Part shown: positions 18,029 to 28,519 of the stretch, piece by piece | How positions within the stretch are numbered: position 1 is the stretch's first letter | Layout of the letters: the number at the start of each line of letters is the position of its first letter | Assembly: GCA_963725865.1 (NCBI GenBank) | Contig: CAVSAC010000014.1 | Span: forward strand, 832,001-896,000 | Origin: Candidatus Eiseniibacteriota bacterium | GTDB taxonomy: Bacteria; Eisenbacteria; RBG-16-71-46 | DNA length: 64,000 bases | Direction: 5' to 3' | Position numbers and translations under genes: made by a program | The notes under the pieces: model-generated | Seen by the model: only the letters and a program-made list of their open reading frames with translations | Database searches by the model: none | Told to the model about the DNA's origin: nothing

Positions 18029-18286
18029 TCAGAGCCGGCGACGCAGCTCTCGTTCCGCCTGCAGCCAGTGTTCGAGATCGTGCCCGGGGCGGCCGTCGCG
18101 CAGGAAGAGCTCGTAGGCGCGACGCTCGATCTCATGATGAGAGGGCGCGCTCGGCCCACTCGCGGATCTCGCGATGCGGGGCGCTCGAGCGCGCGACGAG
18201 GCCGCGGCGGGCGAACTCGCGCTCGAGGCCTTGGTCGAGGAGGTGGTCCGCTTGCGCGCGGACGGTTTCTTCTCGGTGCTGCTCAT
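18029..18286 (-). CDS. DUF2934-like small protein
   Basis: C-terminal EIERRAYELFLRDG-x-x-GHDLEHWLQAEREL pattern. AAAGGAG RBS upstream. Confidence 0.8.
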   Translation of the reverse strand: MSSTEKKPSARKRTTSSTKASSASSPAAASSRARAPRIARSASGPSAPSHHEIERRAYELFLRDGRPGHDLEHWLQAERELRRRL

Positions 18287-18371
18287 CGTCTCTGAGACTC
18301 CTTTCGTCGGACTCCCGGTGCGATGATTCGACGATCATCCACACGGACGCCGCGGGGCACGGAAGCGCACC

Positions 18372-18386
18372 GCGATCTCCCTGCCA
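18372..18386 (-). promoter_or_regulatory. Possible sigma-54 promoter for the DUF2934 gene
   Basis: Minus strand TGGCAGGGAGATCGC has correct GG/GC spacing, with two mismatches to consensus. Confidence 0.4.
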
Positions 18387-18803
18387 GGAACGCACACGGT
18401 TGTACTCGGAATCGCGCTCGCTGACAAGTCAGTTGCGCCGACCGAAGCACGCCGCGCGCCATCGCGACCTCGCTCGTCGTGCATGCATCGCGCTCTCATC
18501 GTTCCTGCACGGAATGCATGCCGCTTCCGCGCGGGTCGAGAGCAGGCGCGGTTTTCGCGGCGAAAAATTCCTGTTGCCGAAGTCGCTAGGAGCGGGCATA
18601 ACACTTGGCACTGTTCGCCGTGAACGACTCCTCGCTGGCGAGCGGGATGCACCTTCCCTCACGCAAACGACACATTCGTACCGATAGTCGTCGAAGCGGG
18701 CCAGACCGAGCCGGCGCCGTACCATCGTCCCTCGTATCGCCGTCGCGGTCTGACAGAAGTCCATGGAAGCGTGCCGCACGAGCGAGGACCAGGGAGGTCC
18801 GCA

Positions 18804-21800
18804 ATGAGCCACATCCTCGACACCCTCACCACCAAGGCTTCCGATCAGCCGGCCGCACAGGCCGGCCTGCGCGTCCCGCGACGATTCACGCACCCGGGCG
18901 TGGATCCGCTCGACGAGATCGCATGGGACCGGCGTCGCACCGTGATCTCGAACCCGGATGGCTCGATCGTCTTCCAGATGGACGGCGTCGAGGTGCCCGC
19001 GGATTGGTCGCAGCTCGCCACCGACATCGTGGTCAGCAAGTACTTCCGCAAGGCGGGGCTGCCCGACGCCCCCGGCCACGAAACCAGCGTGCGTCAGGTC
19101 GTGCACCGCATCGCCCGCACGATCCGGCGCGCCGGCGAGGACTCCGGCGGCTACTTCGCCAGCCGCGAGGACGCCGAGTCGTTCGAGGCCGAGCTCGCCC
19201 ACATGCTGGTGAGGCAGATCGGCGCCTTCAATTCGCCCGTCTGGTTCAACCTCGGGCTGTGGCACGAGTACGGCATCGGCGGCTCGGGCGGGAACTTCTA
19301 CTGGGACGAGGCCGCGCGCGCGCTCCAGGTGACACAGGACTCCTACTCGCGCCCGCAGGTGTCCGCCTGCTTCATCCAGTCGATCAGCGACGACCTGATG
19401 TCGATCTTCGAGCTCGCGCGCAACGAAGCGCGGGTGTTCAAGTACGGCTCGGGCACCGGCACCAACTTCTCGAAGCTACGCGGCCGCATGGAGAAGCTCT
19501 CCGGCGGCGGCACGTCGTCGGGGCTGATGTCGTTCCTCGAGGTGCTCGACAAGGGCGCTGGCGCGACCAAGTCGGGCGGCACGACCCGCCGCGCCGCCAA
19601 GATGGTGGTGCTCGACATGGACCACCCCGAGATCGTCGACTTCGTGCAGTGGAAGATGCGCGAGGAGCGCAAGGTCGCCGCGCTGGTCGCCGCCGGCTAC
19701 TCGACGGACTTCAATGGCGAGGCCTACGGCACCGTCTCGGGCCAGAATTCGAACAATTCGGTGCGCGTCCCCGACGCCTTCATGCAGGCGGTCGTGGAGG
19801 ACGGCGGCTGGTCGACCACTTACCGGACGACCGGCCAGGTCCACGAGACCCACCGCGCGCGCGCGCTGTGGCAGTTGATCTCCGACGCGGCCTGGCAGTG
19901 CGCCGACCCCGGCGTGCAGTACGACGACACCATCCAGCTCTGGCACACCTGCAAGGCCACGGATCGCATCCACGCCACGAATCCGTGCAGCGAGTTCGTG
20001 TTCCTCGACGACACCTCCTGCAACCTGGCGTCGGTCAACCTGATGAAGTTCCTGAAGCCGGACGGATCCTTCGACATCGAGGGCTACCGGCACGCCAACC
20101 GCGTGTTCTTCCTCGCGCAGGAGATCCTGGTCGGCTTCGCGTCGTATCCGACGGAGCGCATCGCCCAGCGCTCCGCGGAGTACCGCCCGCTCGGGCTCGG
20201 CTACGCGAACCTCGGCACGCTGCTGATGGTGCAGGGCGTGCCCTACGACAGCGAGGCCGCACGCGCGTTCGCGGCATCGGTCACCGCCATCATGACCGGC
20301 GAGGCCTACGCGCTGTCGGCCGAGCTGGCCGCGAACAAGGGCCCGTTCGCCGGCTACGCGGAAAACCGCGAGAGCATGCTCGAGGTGATGCGCCTCCATC
20401 GCGAGGCGGCGCGCACGATCGATCCGGGCCTCGCGCCTCGCGACCTGCGGATGGCGGCACTCGAGAGCTGGAACGAGGCGGTGCGGCTCGGCGAGCGCTT
20501 CGGCTACCGCAACTCGCAGGCCACCGTGCTCGCGCCCACCGGCACCATCGGCCTGCTCATGGACTGCGACACGACGGGGGTCGAACCCGACTTCGCGCTC
20601 GTGAAGTTCAAGAAGCTCGCCGGCGGCGGCTACTTCAAGATCGTGAATCAGTCGGTTCCCGCCGCCCTGCGCCGGCTCGGCTACGACGAGCCCGCGATCG
20701 AGCGCATCGTGCGTTTCGCGATCGGCACCGGCTCGCTCGAGGGCGCTCCGCACATCAACCACTCGGAGCTCCTGAAGCGCGGCTTGCGCGAGGACGAGAT
20801 CGACCGCATCGAGCGTCTGCTGCCGACCATGCTCGACCTGCGCTCGGCGTTCGCGCGCGGGATTCTCGGCGACGAGCTGCTCACGCGCCTCGGCGTCGGC
20901 CAGGCAGAGCGCGAGAAGCCCGGCTTCAGCGCGCTGCCGTTCCTCGGCTTCACCGACGAGCAGATCGAGGCCGCCAACGCGGCGATCTGCGGCAGCCAGT
21001 CGGTCGAGGGCGCGCCGGGGCTCAGGCCCCAGCACCTCGCGGTGTTCGACTGCGCGAACCGCTGCGGTCCGCGCGGCACCCGGTTCATCGAGCCGATGGG
21101 CCACGTCCGCATGATGGCGGCGGTGCAGCCGTTCATCTCGGGCGCCATCAGCAAGACCGTGAACCTGCCGAACGAGGCCACGGTCGAGGACGTCCAGAAC
21201 ATCTACCTCCAGTCGTGGAAGCTCGGCCTCAAGGCGGTCGCGCTCTACCGCGACGGAAGCAAGTTGAGCCAGCCGCTGTCGACCACCCGGAAGGCGGAGG
21301 CCACCGTGGAGGTCCCGGCGCCGCCCAAGCTGCGCCGTCGCCGCCTGCCCAAGCGCCGGCTCGGGTTCACGCAGGAGGCGCGCATCGGCGGGCACAAGGT
21401 GTTCCTGCGCACCGGCGAGTACGAGGACGGCGCTCTCGGCGAAATCTTCATCGACATGCACAAGGAGGGCGCCGCTTTCCGCAGCATGATGAACTGCTTC
21501 GCCATCTCGGTCTCGATGGGGCTGCAGTACGGGGTGCCGCTCGAGGACCTGGTGGATCAGTTCTGCTTCACGCGCTTCGAGCCGCACGGGCGCGTGGACG
21601 GCCACGAGAACCTGCGGGCTTGCACCAGCGTCATCGACTACGTGTTCCGCGTGCTCGGCTACGAATACCTGAACCGCACCGACCTCGTGCACATCACGGG
21701 CGAGAGCCTGAGCGGCGGCCCGGTCTCGACCCCGCCGCGGCGCGCCGATACGCCGCCCGTCGGGCACGACTGGTTCACGCAGGCGGGGAACGGCCGCAGC

Positions 21801-21995
21801 GAGGCCGCCGCCCGCGCGGCGGCGGCGGCGGCGCGGTCGCCCGAGCCCAGCGACGGCCCGATGCCCGAGATGATGGAGTTCAACAAACGCCTGCTCGGCG
21901 ACGCGCCGGCCTGCGAGCACTGCGGGCACATCACCATCCGCAACGGCACCTGCTACAAGTGCATCAACTGCGGCACCAGCATGGGTTGCTCCTGA
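18804..21995 (+). CDS. nrdJ: Vitamin B12-dependent (class II) ribonucleotide reductase with C-terminal TSCPD and Zn-ribbon domains
   Basis: [66 protein letters not shown], and C-terminal CEHC...CINC. Confidence 0.96.
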   Translation: MSHILDTLTTKASDQPAAQAGLRVPRRFTHPGVDPLDEIAWDRRRTVISNPDGSIVFQMDGVEVPADWSQLATDIVVSKYFRKAGLPDAPGHETSVRQVVHRIARTIRRAGEDSGGYFASREDAESFEAELAHMLVRQIGAFNSPVWFNLGLWHEYGIGGSGGNFYWDEAARALQVTQDSYSRPQVSACFIQSISDDLMSIFELARNEARVFKYGSGTGTNFSKLRGRMEKLSGGGTSSGLMSFLEVLDKGAGATKSGGTTRRAAKMVVLDMDHPEIVDFVQWKMREERKVAALVAAGYSTDFNGEAYGTVSGQNSNNSVRVPDAFMQAVVEDGGWSTTYRTTGQVHETHRARALWQLISDAAWQCADPGVQYDDTIQLWHTCKATDRIHATNPCSEFVFLDDTSCNLASVNLMKFLKPDGSFDIEGYRHANRVFFLAQEILVGFASYPTERIAQRSAEYRPLGLGYANLGTLLMVQGVPYDSEAARAFAASVTAIMTGEAYALSAELAANKGPFAGYAENRESMLEVMRLHREAARTIDPGLAPRDLRMAALESWNEAVRLGERFGYRNSQATVLAPTGTIGLLMDCDTTGVEPDFALVKFKKLAGGGYFKIVNQSVPAALRRLGYDEPAIERIVRFAIGTGSLEGAPHINHSELLKRGLREDEIDRIERLLPTMLDLRSAFARGILGDELLTRLGVGQAEREKPGFSALPFLGFTDEQIEAANAAICGSQSVEGAPGLRPQHLAVFDCANRCGPRGTRFIEPMGHVRMMAAVQPFISGAISKTVNLPNEATVEDVQNIYLQSWKLGLKAVALYRDGSKLSQPLSTTRKAEATVEVPAPPKLRRRRLPKRRLGFTQEARIGGHKVFLRTGEYEDGALGEIFIDMHKEGAAFRSMMNCFAISVSMGLQYGVPLEDLVDQFCFTRFEPHGRVDGHENLRACTSVIDYVFRVLGYEYLNRTDLVHITGESLSGGPVSTPPRRADTPPVGHDWFTQAGNGRSEAAARAAAAAARSPEPSDGPMPEMMEFNKRLLGDAPACEHCGHITIRNGTCYKCINCGTSMGCS

Positions 21996-22031
21996 TCGCG
22001 CGCTCGCGATAGGGAATGTACGCGACGGGAC

Positions 22032-22487
22032 TCAGGAGCGGCTGCGCCGCGGCTTGACCTCTTCGTGGATGCGGAGCTTCCCGTCCTCGACCGTCACGTA
22101 CACCGACTCGCCGCGCTGCGCCCCGTTCGGCACCAGGGTCCACGTGACCGCGCCGGAGGCCGGGTCGGTCTCGCGCTTCGCATCGGGGAGCGCGGCATCG
22201 TAGAAGCCGACCACCTTCTCCATCGGCACCTGGTACTCGAATTCCCAGCGCATGCCCTTCGAGTAGGAGTCCGGTTCGTCGCCCCAGCTCTCGCTGCCCA
22301 TCGCGTCGGTGAACTTCACGCCGGGATAGAGCGGGAGCTGGTTCGCGTAGACCCCCTTCGGGGCGTCACCGATGTGGTTGATCGAGTGGTTGGCCGCCTG
22401 GCCGTCGTACACGGGCTGCTTCGCCCCGCAGCCGAACAGCGAGGACGCGGCCAGCAGGCCGCCGAGGATGGTCCGGAACCTGCGCAT
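22032..22487 (-). CDS. Hypothetical lipoprotein
   Basis: Lipobox-like SLFGC after a basic/hydrophobic N-terminus, LPLYPG motif, AGGGAG RBS. Confidence 0.7.
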   Translation of the reverse strand: MRRFRTILGGLLAASSLFGCGAKQPVYDGQAANHSINHIGDAPKGVYANQLPLYPGVKFTDAMGSESWGDEPDSYSKGMRWEFEYQVPMEKVVGFYDAALPDAKRETDPASGAVTWTLVPNGAQRGESVYVTVEDGKLRIHEEVKPRRSRS

Positions 22488-22628
22488 CGTGCATCTCCCT
22501 TCGATCGGGCGGCCGCAGTGCCTCCGCCGGGTGGATGGAGATGGTCATCGGCCTTCCGCCTCCCGGCCTGAACCGCCACGGCGGGCCGTGCTTGCCGCCC
22601 TTCGCGGCTTGGGGCAGAGTCGCGCCCG

Positions 22629-23750
22629 ATGATCGCCCTGAAGCGTCGCCGCCTGTTCCTGGCCCCCGAGCGGATGCTCCAGCTGCTGCTCGTCTTCGTG
22701 CCGATCGCGGTGTTCGCGCACGCGCGCGGCGGGGCCGGCCTCGCCACCTTCGTGTGCGCGGGACTCGCCATCGTGCCGCTGGCCGGCCTGATGGGCGAGG
22801 CCACCGAGGCGCTCGCCGCGCGGCTCGGCGCCGGGGTGGGCGGGCTGTTGAACGCCACCTTCGGCAACGCCGCCGAGCTCATCATCGCGTTCGTGGCGTT
22901 GCAGCGAGGCCTGCACGACGTCGTGAAGGCGAGCCTCACGGGCAGCATCATCGGCAACGTGCTGCTGGTGCTGGGGGCCGCCTGCCTGGCGGGCGGCGTC
23001 GGGCGCGAGCGCCAGCACTTCGACCGCCAGGCCGCGGGCATCGGCTCGACGCTGCTGGCGCTCGCGGCGATCGGCCTGGTGGTGCCGGCGATGTTCCACT
23101 TCGCCACCGAGGGCGCGATGGCGCGGGGCGCCCTGACGGCCGCGCGCGAGGACATCCTGTCGCGCGGGCTCTCGCTCGAGATCTCGGTGGTCCTGTTCGC
23201 CGCCTACCTGCTGAGCCTGTTGTTCAGCCTGCGGACGCACCGCCATCTCTACGCCGGCGCCGGCCACGGGGCCACCGAGACGGTGCGCGCCACGCCCCTG
23301 CGAGCGGTGCTGACCCTGCTGGTCGCGACGGCGCTGGTGGCGTGGATGAGCGAGCTGCTGGTCGGTGCGGTCGAGGAGGCCTCGCACGCCCTCGGGCTCA
23401 CCGAGGTGTTCGTGGGCGTCATCGTGGTGGCGGTGATCGGCAACGCCGCGGAGCACTCCACCGCGGTGCTGATGGCGACGAAGAACCAGATGGACCTGGC
23501 GATCAACATCGCGATCGGCTCCAGTATCCAGATCGCGCTGTTCGTGGCGCCGCTGCTGGTGTTCGTGTCGCGGCTGCTGCCCGGACACCCGATGGACCTC
23601 GAGTTCACGCCGTTCGAGGTGCTGGCGGTGGGCATCGCGGTCTTCGCGGTCAACCTGGTGGCGCAGGACGGCGAGTCGAATTGGCTCGAGGGCGTGCTGC
23701 TGCTCGCGGTCTACCTGGTGCTCGCGATCGCGTTCTTCTTCCTGCCCTAG
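22629..23750 (+). CDS. cax: Calcium/proton exchanger (CaCA family)
   Basis: [48 protein letters not shown]. Confidence 0.95.
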   Translation: MIALKRRRLFLAPERMLQLLLVFVPIAVFAHARGGAGLATFVCAGLAIVPLAGLMGEATEALAARLGAGVGGLLNATFGNAAELIIAFVALQRGLHDVVKASLTGSIIGNVLLVLGAACLAGGVGRERQHFDRQAAGIGSTLLALAAIGLVVPAMFHFATEGAMARGALTAAREDILSRGLSLEISVVLFAAYLLSLLFSLRTHRHLYAGAGHGATETVRATPLRAVLTLLVATALVAWMSELLVGAVEEASHALGLTEVFVGVIVVAVIGNAAEHSTAVLMATKNQMDLAINIAIGSSIQIALFVAPLLVFVSRLLPGHPMDLEFTPFEVLAVGIAVFAVNLVAQDGESNWLEGVLLLAVYLVLAIAFFFLP

Positions 23751-23807
23751 CCCGCGCGGCGCGGCGGCGCGCGGCGGTCCGCGAGCGACGCCGGGAGCCT
23801 GCCCGGC

Positions 23808-25238
23808 TCAGGCGGCGAGCGACTCGGAGATGGTCGGGACGCCGTCGGCGACGTCCGCGCCGAGCGCGTCGAGCGCATCGGGGCACAGCCCGGTGCCGCG
23901 GTCCTTCTCCATCAGCCGCAGCGCGACCTCCTCGGGCAGTGCCGGCCGATAGGGCCGCGCGGCGGTGAGCGCCTCGAAGATGTCGGCCACCGCCAGCACC
24001 CGCGACTCCACGGCCAGCGCCTCGCCGCGCAGCCCGCGGTGGTATCCGCGCCCGTCGAGTCGCTCGTGGTGCGCGCCGGCGATCCGCGCGAGATGGCGGA
24101 AGCCGCGCACGTGCTCGAGGATCCGCTGCGTGTAGTACGGATGCATGCGAACGGCGTCCCACTCCGCAGTCGTCAGCGGTCCCGCCTTGTCCAGGATGGC
24201 GTTCGGCAGGGCCAGCTTGCCGATGTCGTGCAGCAGCGCCGCGCGCCGCAAGTCGTCGCGGGCCTCGGGCGGCAGCCCGAGTCGGTCCGCGATCCTCAGC
24301 GCCACGTGGGTGACGCGGCGCGAGTGCTCGGCGGTGAACGGCGATTTCGCGTCGACCGCGTCCGCGAACCCCTGCGCGATGCGATCGAGCGTGCCGGGCC
24401 CGGCGAGCAGCGACGCCCCGCCCGGCTCCGCGTCGCGCACCTCCTCGTGCAGCGCGTGGCCACCGAGCGCCACCAACTCGCTCAGCAGCGGCTCGATGCC
24501 CTGACAGGCATCCACCACGTCGGGATCGAACCAGCGGCCCCTGCGCGAGCGCACCATCTGGAGCGCCAGCGCCGAGCCGCCCGCGCTGGCGTGGACTTCG
24601 AGCGTCTGCGCCACGGCCATGATGCGGGCGAGCCGCGGGATCGATTCCCCGCTCAGGCCGTCCGGCCGGCCGCTGCCGTCCCAGCGCTCGTCGAGCGCGC
24701 GCACCGCCGTCGCCGCGCCGGCTCCGAGCCCCATGCGCTCGACCAGCTCCTCGCCGCGAACGCTGCGCGCCTCGACCATCGCCGCCGCCGCCGCCGCTCC
24801 ACCCTGCACCAGGGCGAACGCGCGCCGCGCGCGCTCGAGCCACGACCGCCCGTGCGCGTCGAGCGCCAGCGCCACGCGCACGGCGCCGAGGCCGCGGGTG
24901 CCATCCACGCGCCGCAGGCGCAGCAGCGCGGCGCGATCGTCACCGCCGAACAGCTCGAACACGCGCGCCGAGCGGCTGGAGCCGCCGACGTCCTTGAGCA
25001 TGAGCGCGTAGTAGAGATCGCGCAGCTCGACCGGCGACAGGTCGAGGCGCTGCGCGATGCGCATGCCGATGAGGCACGAGCGCATCGCGTGTCCCAGCGG
25101 CTGGCTCTCGGCGAGATCGAGCGCGAACGAGAGCGCCGCGAGCACTTCGGAGACCCGGACGGTCTCGTGGTCGGAGCAGGACGGAGTCGCGCGCACGAGC
25201 GGGGCATCGGCAGACCGCGCGGCACGCGCGAGTGGCAA
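23808..25238 (-). CDS. Tandem HD-GYP domain phosphohydrolase (degenerate N-terminal HD plus intact C-terminal HD-GYP)
   Basis: SEVLAALSFALDL, KDVG, ERWDGSG, DAKSPFT..HS, LHDIGK, HHERLDGRGYH, VADIFEALTAARPYR. Start may be GTG 25196. Confidence 0.88.
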   Translation of the reverse strand: MPLARAARSADAPLVRATPSCSDHETVRVSEVLAALSFALDLAESQPLGHAMRSCLIGMRIAQRLDLSPVELRDLYYALMLKDVGGSSRSARVFELFGGDDRAALLRLRRVDGTRGLGAVRVALALDAHGRSWLERARRAFALVQGGAAAAAAMVEARSVRGEELVERMGLGAGAATAVRALDERWDGSGRPDGLSGESIPRLARIMAVAQTLEVHASAGGSALALQMVRSRRGRWFDPDVVDACQGIEPLLSELVALGGHALHEEVRDAEPGGASLLAGPGTLDRIAQGFADAVDAKSPFTAEHSRRVTHVALRIADRLGLPPEARDDLRRAALLHDIGKLALPNAILDKAGPLTTAEWDAVRMHPYYTQRILEHVRGFRHLARIAGAHHERLDGRGYHRGLRGEALAVESRVLAVADIFEALTAARPYRPALPEEVALRLMEKDRGTGLCPDALDALGADVADGVPTISESLAA

Positions 25239-25456
25239 GGTGCGAGAGGCGTTGCGATGTGCACGGAAGCTGCCCGGACCGACCCGCAGCGCGCCTCGCG
25301 GGAGTCACTCCGTGGTCCCACGGACTAGCCGGGGCCCGCCGGAGCGGGATACACTGGGTGCCGGCTTCGACCGAGATCATCCGGTTCCGCTGCGGTCCGC
25401 GGCATGCCCCGGCCCACGCGTCCCGGCCTCGTCCGCAACCCTGTCCAGGAGTCTCC

Positions 25457-27442
25457 ATGGCCCTCGTGCGTCGGACCGCGCCGCTCACGCGCCTCGTCCC
25501 GCTGGTCGCGCTCGCACTGCTGGCCGCCGTCCCCGCCCACGCGCTCAAGGTGGCGACGTGGAACCTGTGGGAGTACCCCACGTCGCTGCTCTCCACGCGC
25601 CAGCCGAACATGCGGATCGTGATGGCGGGGCTCAACCCGGACATCATCATGGTGCAGGAGCTGGCCGAGGACGGCACGAACGCCCCACGGGACACGTTCA
25701 TGAACGTGCTGCGCGCGGCGCTGCCGGCGCGCCACTGGGGGGCGAGCCCGCTGCTCACCGGCACCCAGAGCGTGATCTACTGGGACTCGCTCGCGGTCGA
25801 CGTGTCGAGCTTCACCGCGATCACCACCGGCGGTCCGCGGATGGTGCTGCGCGGGACGGTGAAGCCGCTCGGATACGTGTCGAAGGAGGCCTGGTTCCGG
25901 CTCTACTCGTTCCATCTCAAGGCCGGGAACACCGTCGCCGACGCCAACACCCGCGCCGCCGAGTGCTCGTCGCTGCGCACCTCGATCAACACCGCGAGCA
26001 TCGTCAACTTCGGTCCCAACTTCCTGGTCGGCGGCGACTCCAACTTCTACACCGCCGACGAGGTGGGCTACGTCAACCTCACCCAGTCGGGGACCAACAA
26101 CAACGGGCGTGGCAAGGACCCGCTCACCATGCCGGGCAACTGGCACGTGAACGCGGGCTACGCGATCCACATGACCCAGTGCCCGTGCAACACCGGCTGC
26201 CTCGCGGGCTTCTCGGGCGGCGGGCTCGACGACCGCTTCGACCTCGTCTTCTCGTCCTACTCCATGCAGGACGGGCAGGGCCTCGAATTGGTCCCGTACG
26301 CCAGCGGCGGCTACGGCGCCTACGGCAACGACGGCTTCCATTTCAACGCGAACATCGACGACTTCACCAACTTCGCGGTCGGCCCGATCATCGCGACCGC
26401 GCTCCGCAACGCTTCGGATCACATCCCGGTGTTCGCGATCGTCCAGCTCCCCGCGCGCGTGGTGGCGGCCTCGGCGCTCGACTTCGGCGCCGTGCTGGTG
26501 GGCGCCGGCGTCACGCAGCCGCTGTCGGTGGGCAACGGCGCGGTGGCGCCCGCGGACGGGCTCACCTACTCGCTCGTCGCACCGGCCGGCTTCAGCGCAC
26601 CGGGTGGCACGTTCGAGGCCGCGGCGGGCGCGGCGGCGAACGAGCACCTCGTCGGGCTCGACACCGCCACCCGCGGCAGCCGCAACGACACCCTCACCAT
26701 CCACAGCGACGCGCCGGACTCCAGCGCGAAAGGCGTGCTGCTGAGCGGCACCGTACTCTCGCATGCGGTCCCTTCGCTCGACTCGCTCGCGGTGGTGGTC
26801 GAGGACACGCTCGACCTGGGCGAGCACGCCACCGGCGATTTCGCCGACGGCGCGGTGCGCGTGCACGATCAGGCCTGGGACGCGCTCACCGCGCGGCTGG
26901 CGGTCGGCGCGGCCGACATCGCCGGCGGCGCCGGCCGCTTCTCGCTGGTGGGCGGGTTCTCGCCGCTGCTGATCGGCGGCACCGGGCACGCCTGGCAGGT
27001 GCACTTCGACGCTGCGGGCGCGGTGGCCGACAGCATTTACTCGGCCACGCTCACGTTCACGTGCGCCGACGAGCCCCTGCCGGGCGCCGTCGCCGCGCCG
27101 GCGCTCGTCGTCCACCTGCTCGCGCGGCCGCTCAGCGGCTCGGGGGCGGTGGGCGACGGGCCATCGGCGCTGCGCTTCGCACCGGCGCGGCCGAACCCCT
27201 CGCAGGGAGCGACGCGCTTCGCGTTCGAGCTGCCGCACGCCGCCCCGGTCACGCTGGAGCTGTTCGACCTGTCGGGCCGCCGGGTGGCCACGCTGGCGCA
27301 GGGCGTGATCGACGCGGGCCGTCACGAGGCATGGTGGAACGGTCGCGAGGAGTCCGGAGCGCGCGCCGCCGCGGGGCTCTACTTCGCGCGCTTCGTGACC
27401 CCGGGGCTCACCCGCTCCACACGGTTGGTGCTGCTGCCCTGA
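25457..27442 (+). CDS. Secreted endonuclease/exonuclease/phosphatase-family protein with Ig-like domains and a C-terminal FlgD/T9SS-A-like sorting domain
   Basis: Signal peptide ending AHA. EEP motifs TWN, QE, HLKAG, GDSN, DRFD, SDHIPV. C-terminus PNP...LFDLSGRRV...WNG...GLYF. Confidence 0.85.
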   Translation: MALVRRTAPLTRLVPLVALALLAAVPAHALKVATWNLWEYPTSLLSTRQPNMRIVMAGLNPDIIMVQELAEDGTNAPRDTFMNVLRAALPARHWGASPLLTGTQSVIYWDSLAVDVSSFTAITTGGPRMVLRGTVKPLGYVSKEAWFRLYSFHLKAGNTVADANTRAAECSSLRTSINTASIVNFGPNFLVGGDSNFYTADEVGYVNLTQSGTNNNGRGKDPLTMPGNWHVNAGYAIHMTQCPCNTGCLAGFSGGGLDDRFDLVFSSYSMQDGQGLELVPYASGGYGAYGNDGFHFNANIDDFTNFAVGPIIATALRNASDHIPVFAIVQLPARVVAASALDFGAVLVGAGVTQPLSVGNGAVAPADGLTYSLVAPAGFSAPGGTFEAAAGAAANEHLVGLDTATRGSRNDTLTIHSDAPDSSAKGVLLSGTVLSHAVPSLDSLAVVVEDTLDLGEHATGDFADGAVRVHDQAWDALTARLAVGAADIAGGAGRFSLVGGFSPLLIGGTGHAWQVHFDAAGAVADSIYSATLTFTCADEPLPGAVAAPALVVHLLARPLSGSGAVGDGPSALRFAPARPNPSQGATRFAFELPHAAPVTLELFDLSGRRVATLAQGVIDAGRHEAWWNGREESGARAAAGLYFARFVTPGLTRSTRLVLLP

Positions 27443-27655
27443 TCAGACCGGCGGCGCGCCACTGGACCGCGGCGGCGCCGGCTCGTGGCCGCGACACGAG
27501 AGCACCGGGAGCCGCGGATAGCGGGCGAAGCCCGGATCGGTGGCGGCGAGCTCGCAGAGCAGGAAAACGCTGCGCGGGGTGACCACGCGGCGGGCGTGCC
27601 GGCAGGTGCCGCACAGCCCCGGCGAGGTGGGCTCGGACGGCGCGATGGGGTGCAT
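27443..27655 (-). CDS. Small Cys-rich hypothetical protein (possible metal-binding)
   Basis: GLCGTCRH...SVFLLC...YPRLPVLSCRGHE, a four-Cys pattern. Its stop abuts the stop of the convergent gene. Confidence 0.6.
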   Translation of the reverse strand: MHPIAPSEPTSPGLCGTCRHARRVVTPRSVFLLCELAATDPGFARYPRLPVLSCRGHEPAPPRSSGAPPV

Positions 27656-27964
27656 GCCCCATCGGATGCGCCTGGCGGCCCAGCGGGGCACGGTCGATGG
27701 AGGTGCGGCGTCCCGGGTTGCGCCGGGCCGCGCGACGTCGGGATGGGGCGGTGCGGCGAGGGTGTCGGGTGCGGCGTCGAGCGGTCCTGCGACCGACAGT
27801 GCGCCGGCAGCCCGAATCCATTGGCGTTCAGCGGGAGATCGGCGATCGGCGTCGGCGAGACTTACAGTTCTTCCGCCCGCCAGCCCCTTGCGGACCGGCT
27901 TCGGAGCCGTTCGCGACCCGCTTGGGCTTTGCCGCGTGGGACGTTACGACACCGGAGTGGTGCG

Positions 27965-27980
27965 CGGTACGCTCCTTGCG
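27965..27980 (+). promoter_or_regulatory. Sigma-54 -24/-12 promoter of the PEP-CTERM gene
   Basis: CGGTACGCTCCTTGCG matches GG-N10-GC with TTGC, about 60 bp before the ATG. Confidence 0.7.
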
Positions 27981-28042
27981 TGATGCGGTGATGAAGAGTC
28001 TCCCCCCTCGTCACCCACAGCATTCTCGGAGGTCGGCCCACC

Positions 28043-28360
28043 ATGAAGAAGCTTCTACTCAGCGTCGCAGTCCTTGCCCTGGTCGCAGGGGCCGCCAACG
28101 CTTACACCAGGACCAGCCCCGCTCCCGGCGGTTCGGCCACTTCGCCGAGTGCGGTGAATCCGACCAGCGTGGCCCCGGTGGGTAGTGGCGACGATCCCGA
28201 GGTGTCGATCGGTTCGATGTACCAGAGCGGCGGCGAGATCGACATGCGCCGGCGCAAGAATCCGACCCGTCCGGTTCCCGAGCCTGGCACCATGGCGCTG
28301 GCCTCGATGGGCCTGCTCGCCCTGGGAGCAGCGGCCCGTAAGCGCCGCGCGCGCGGATAG
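28043..28360 (+). CDS. Small PEP-CTERM sorting-domain protein
   Basis: Signal peptide MKKLLLSVAVLALVAGAANA. C-terminal VPEPGTMALASMGLLALGAAARKRR. Confidence 0.93.
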   Translation: MKKLLLSVAVLALVAGAANAYTRTSPAPGGSATSPSAVNPTSVAPVGSGDDPEVSIGSMYQSGGEIDMRRRKNPTRPVPEPGTMALASMGLLALGAAARKRRARG

Positions 28361-28392
28361 TCGCGCCGATCCAGCCGGCTGGGCCGGACCTG

Positions 28393-28431
28393 CGGCGGCG
28401 AGAGGGAATCACCTCTCGCCGCCGTCCTTTT
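28393..28431 (+). terminator. Rho-independent terminator
   Basis: 13-bp stem CGGCGGCGAGAGG / CCTCTCGCCGCCG, 6-nt loop, followed by TCCTTTT. Confidence 0.8.
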
Positions 28432-28519
28432 GTGCCCGGCACCGGCTCGCGCGGGAGGCGTGCGCGCGTGCGTTAGAATGCCGCGCGATGCTCGCCCTCC
28501 CGACCCCGTCCACCGGCCC

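Noticed and set aside
18290..18800. Possible cobalamin riboswitch or NrdR boxes upstream of nrdJ; TTGGCAC at about 18605 as a sigma-54 site
   Set aside because: No recognisable B12-box or NrdR palindrome. The TGGCAC lacks a correctly spaced -12 GC.
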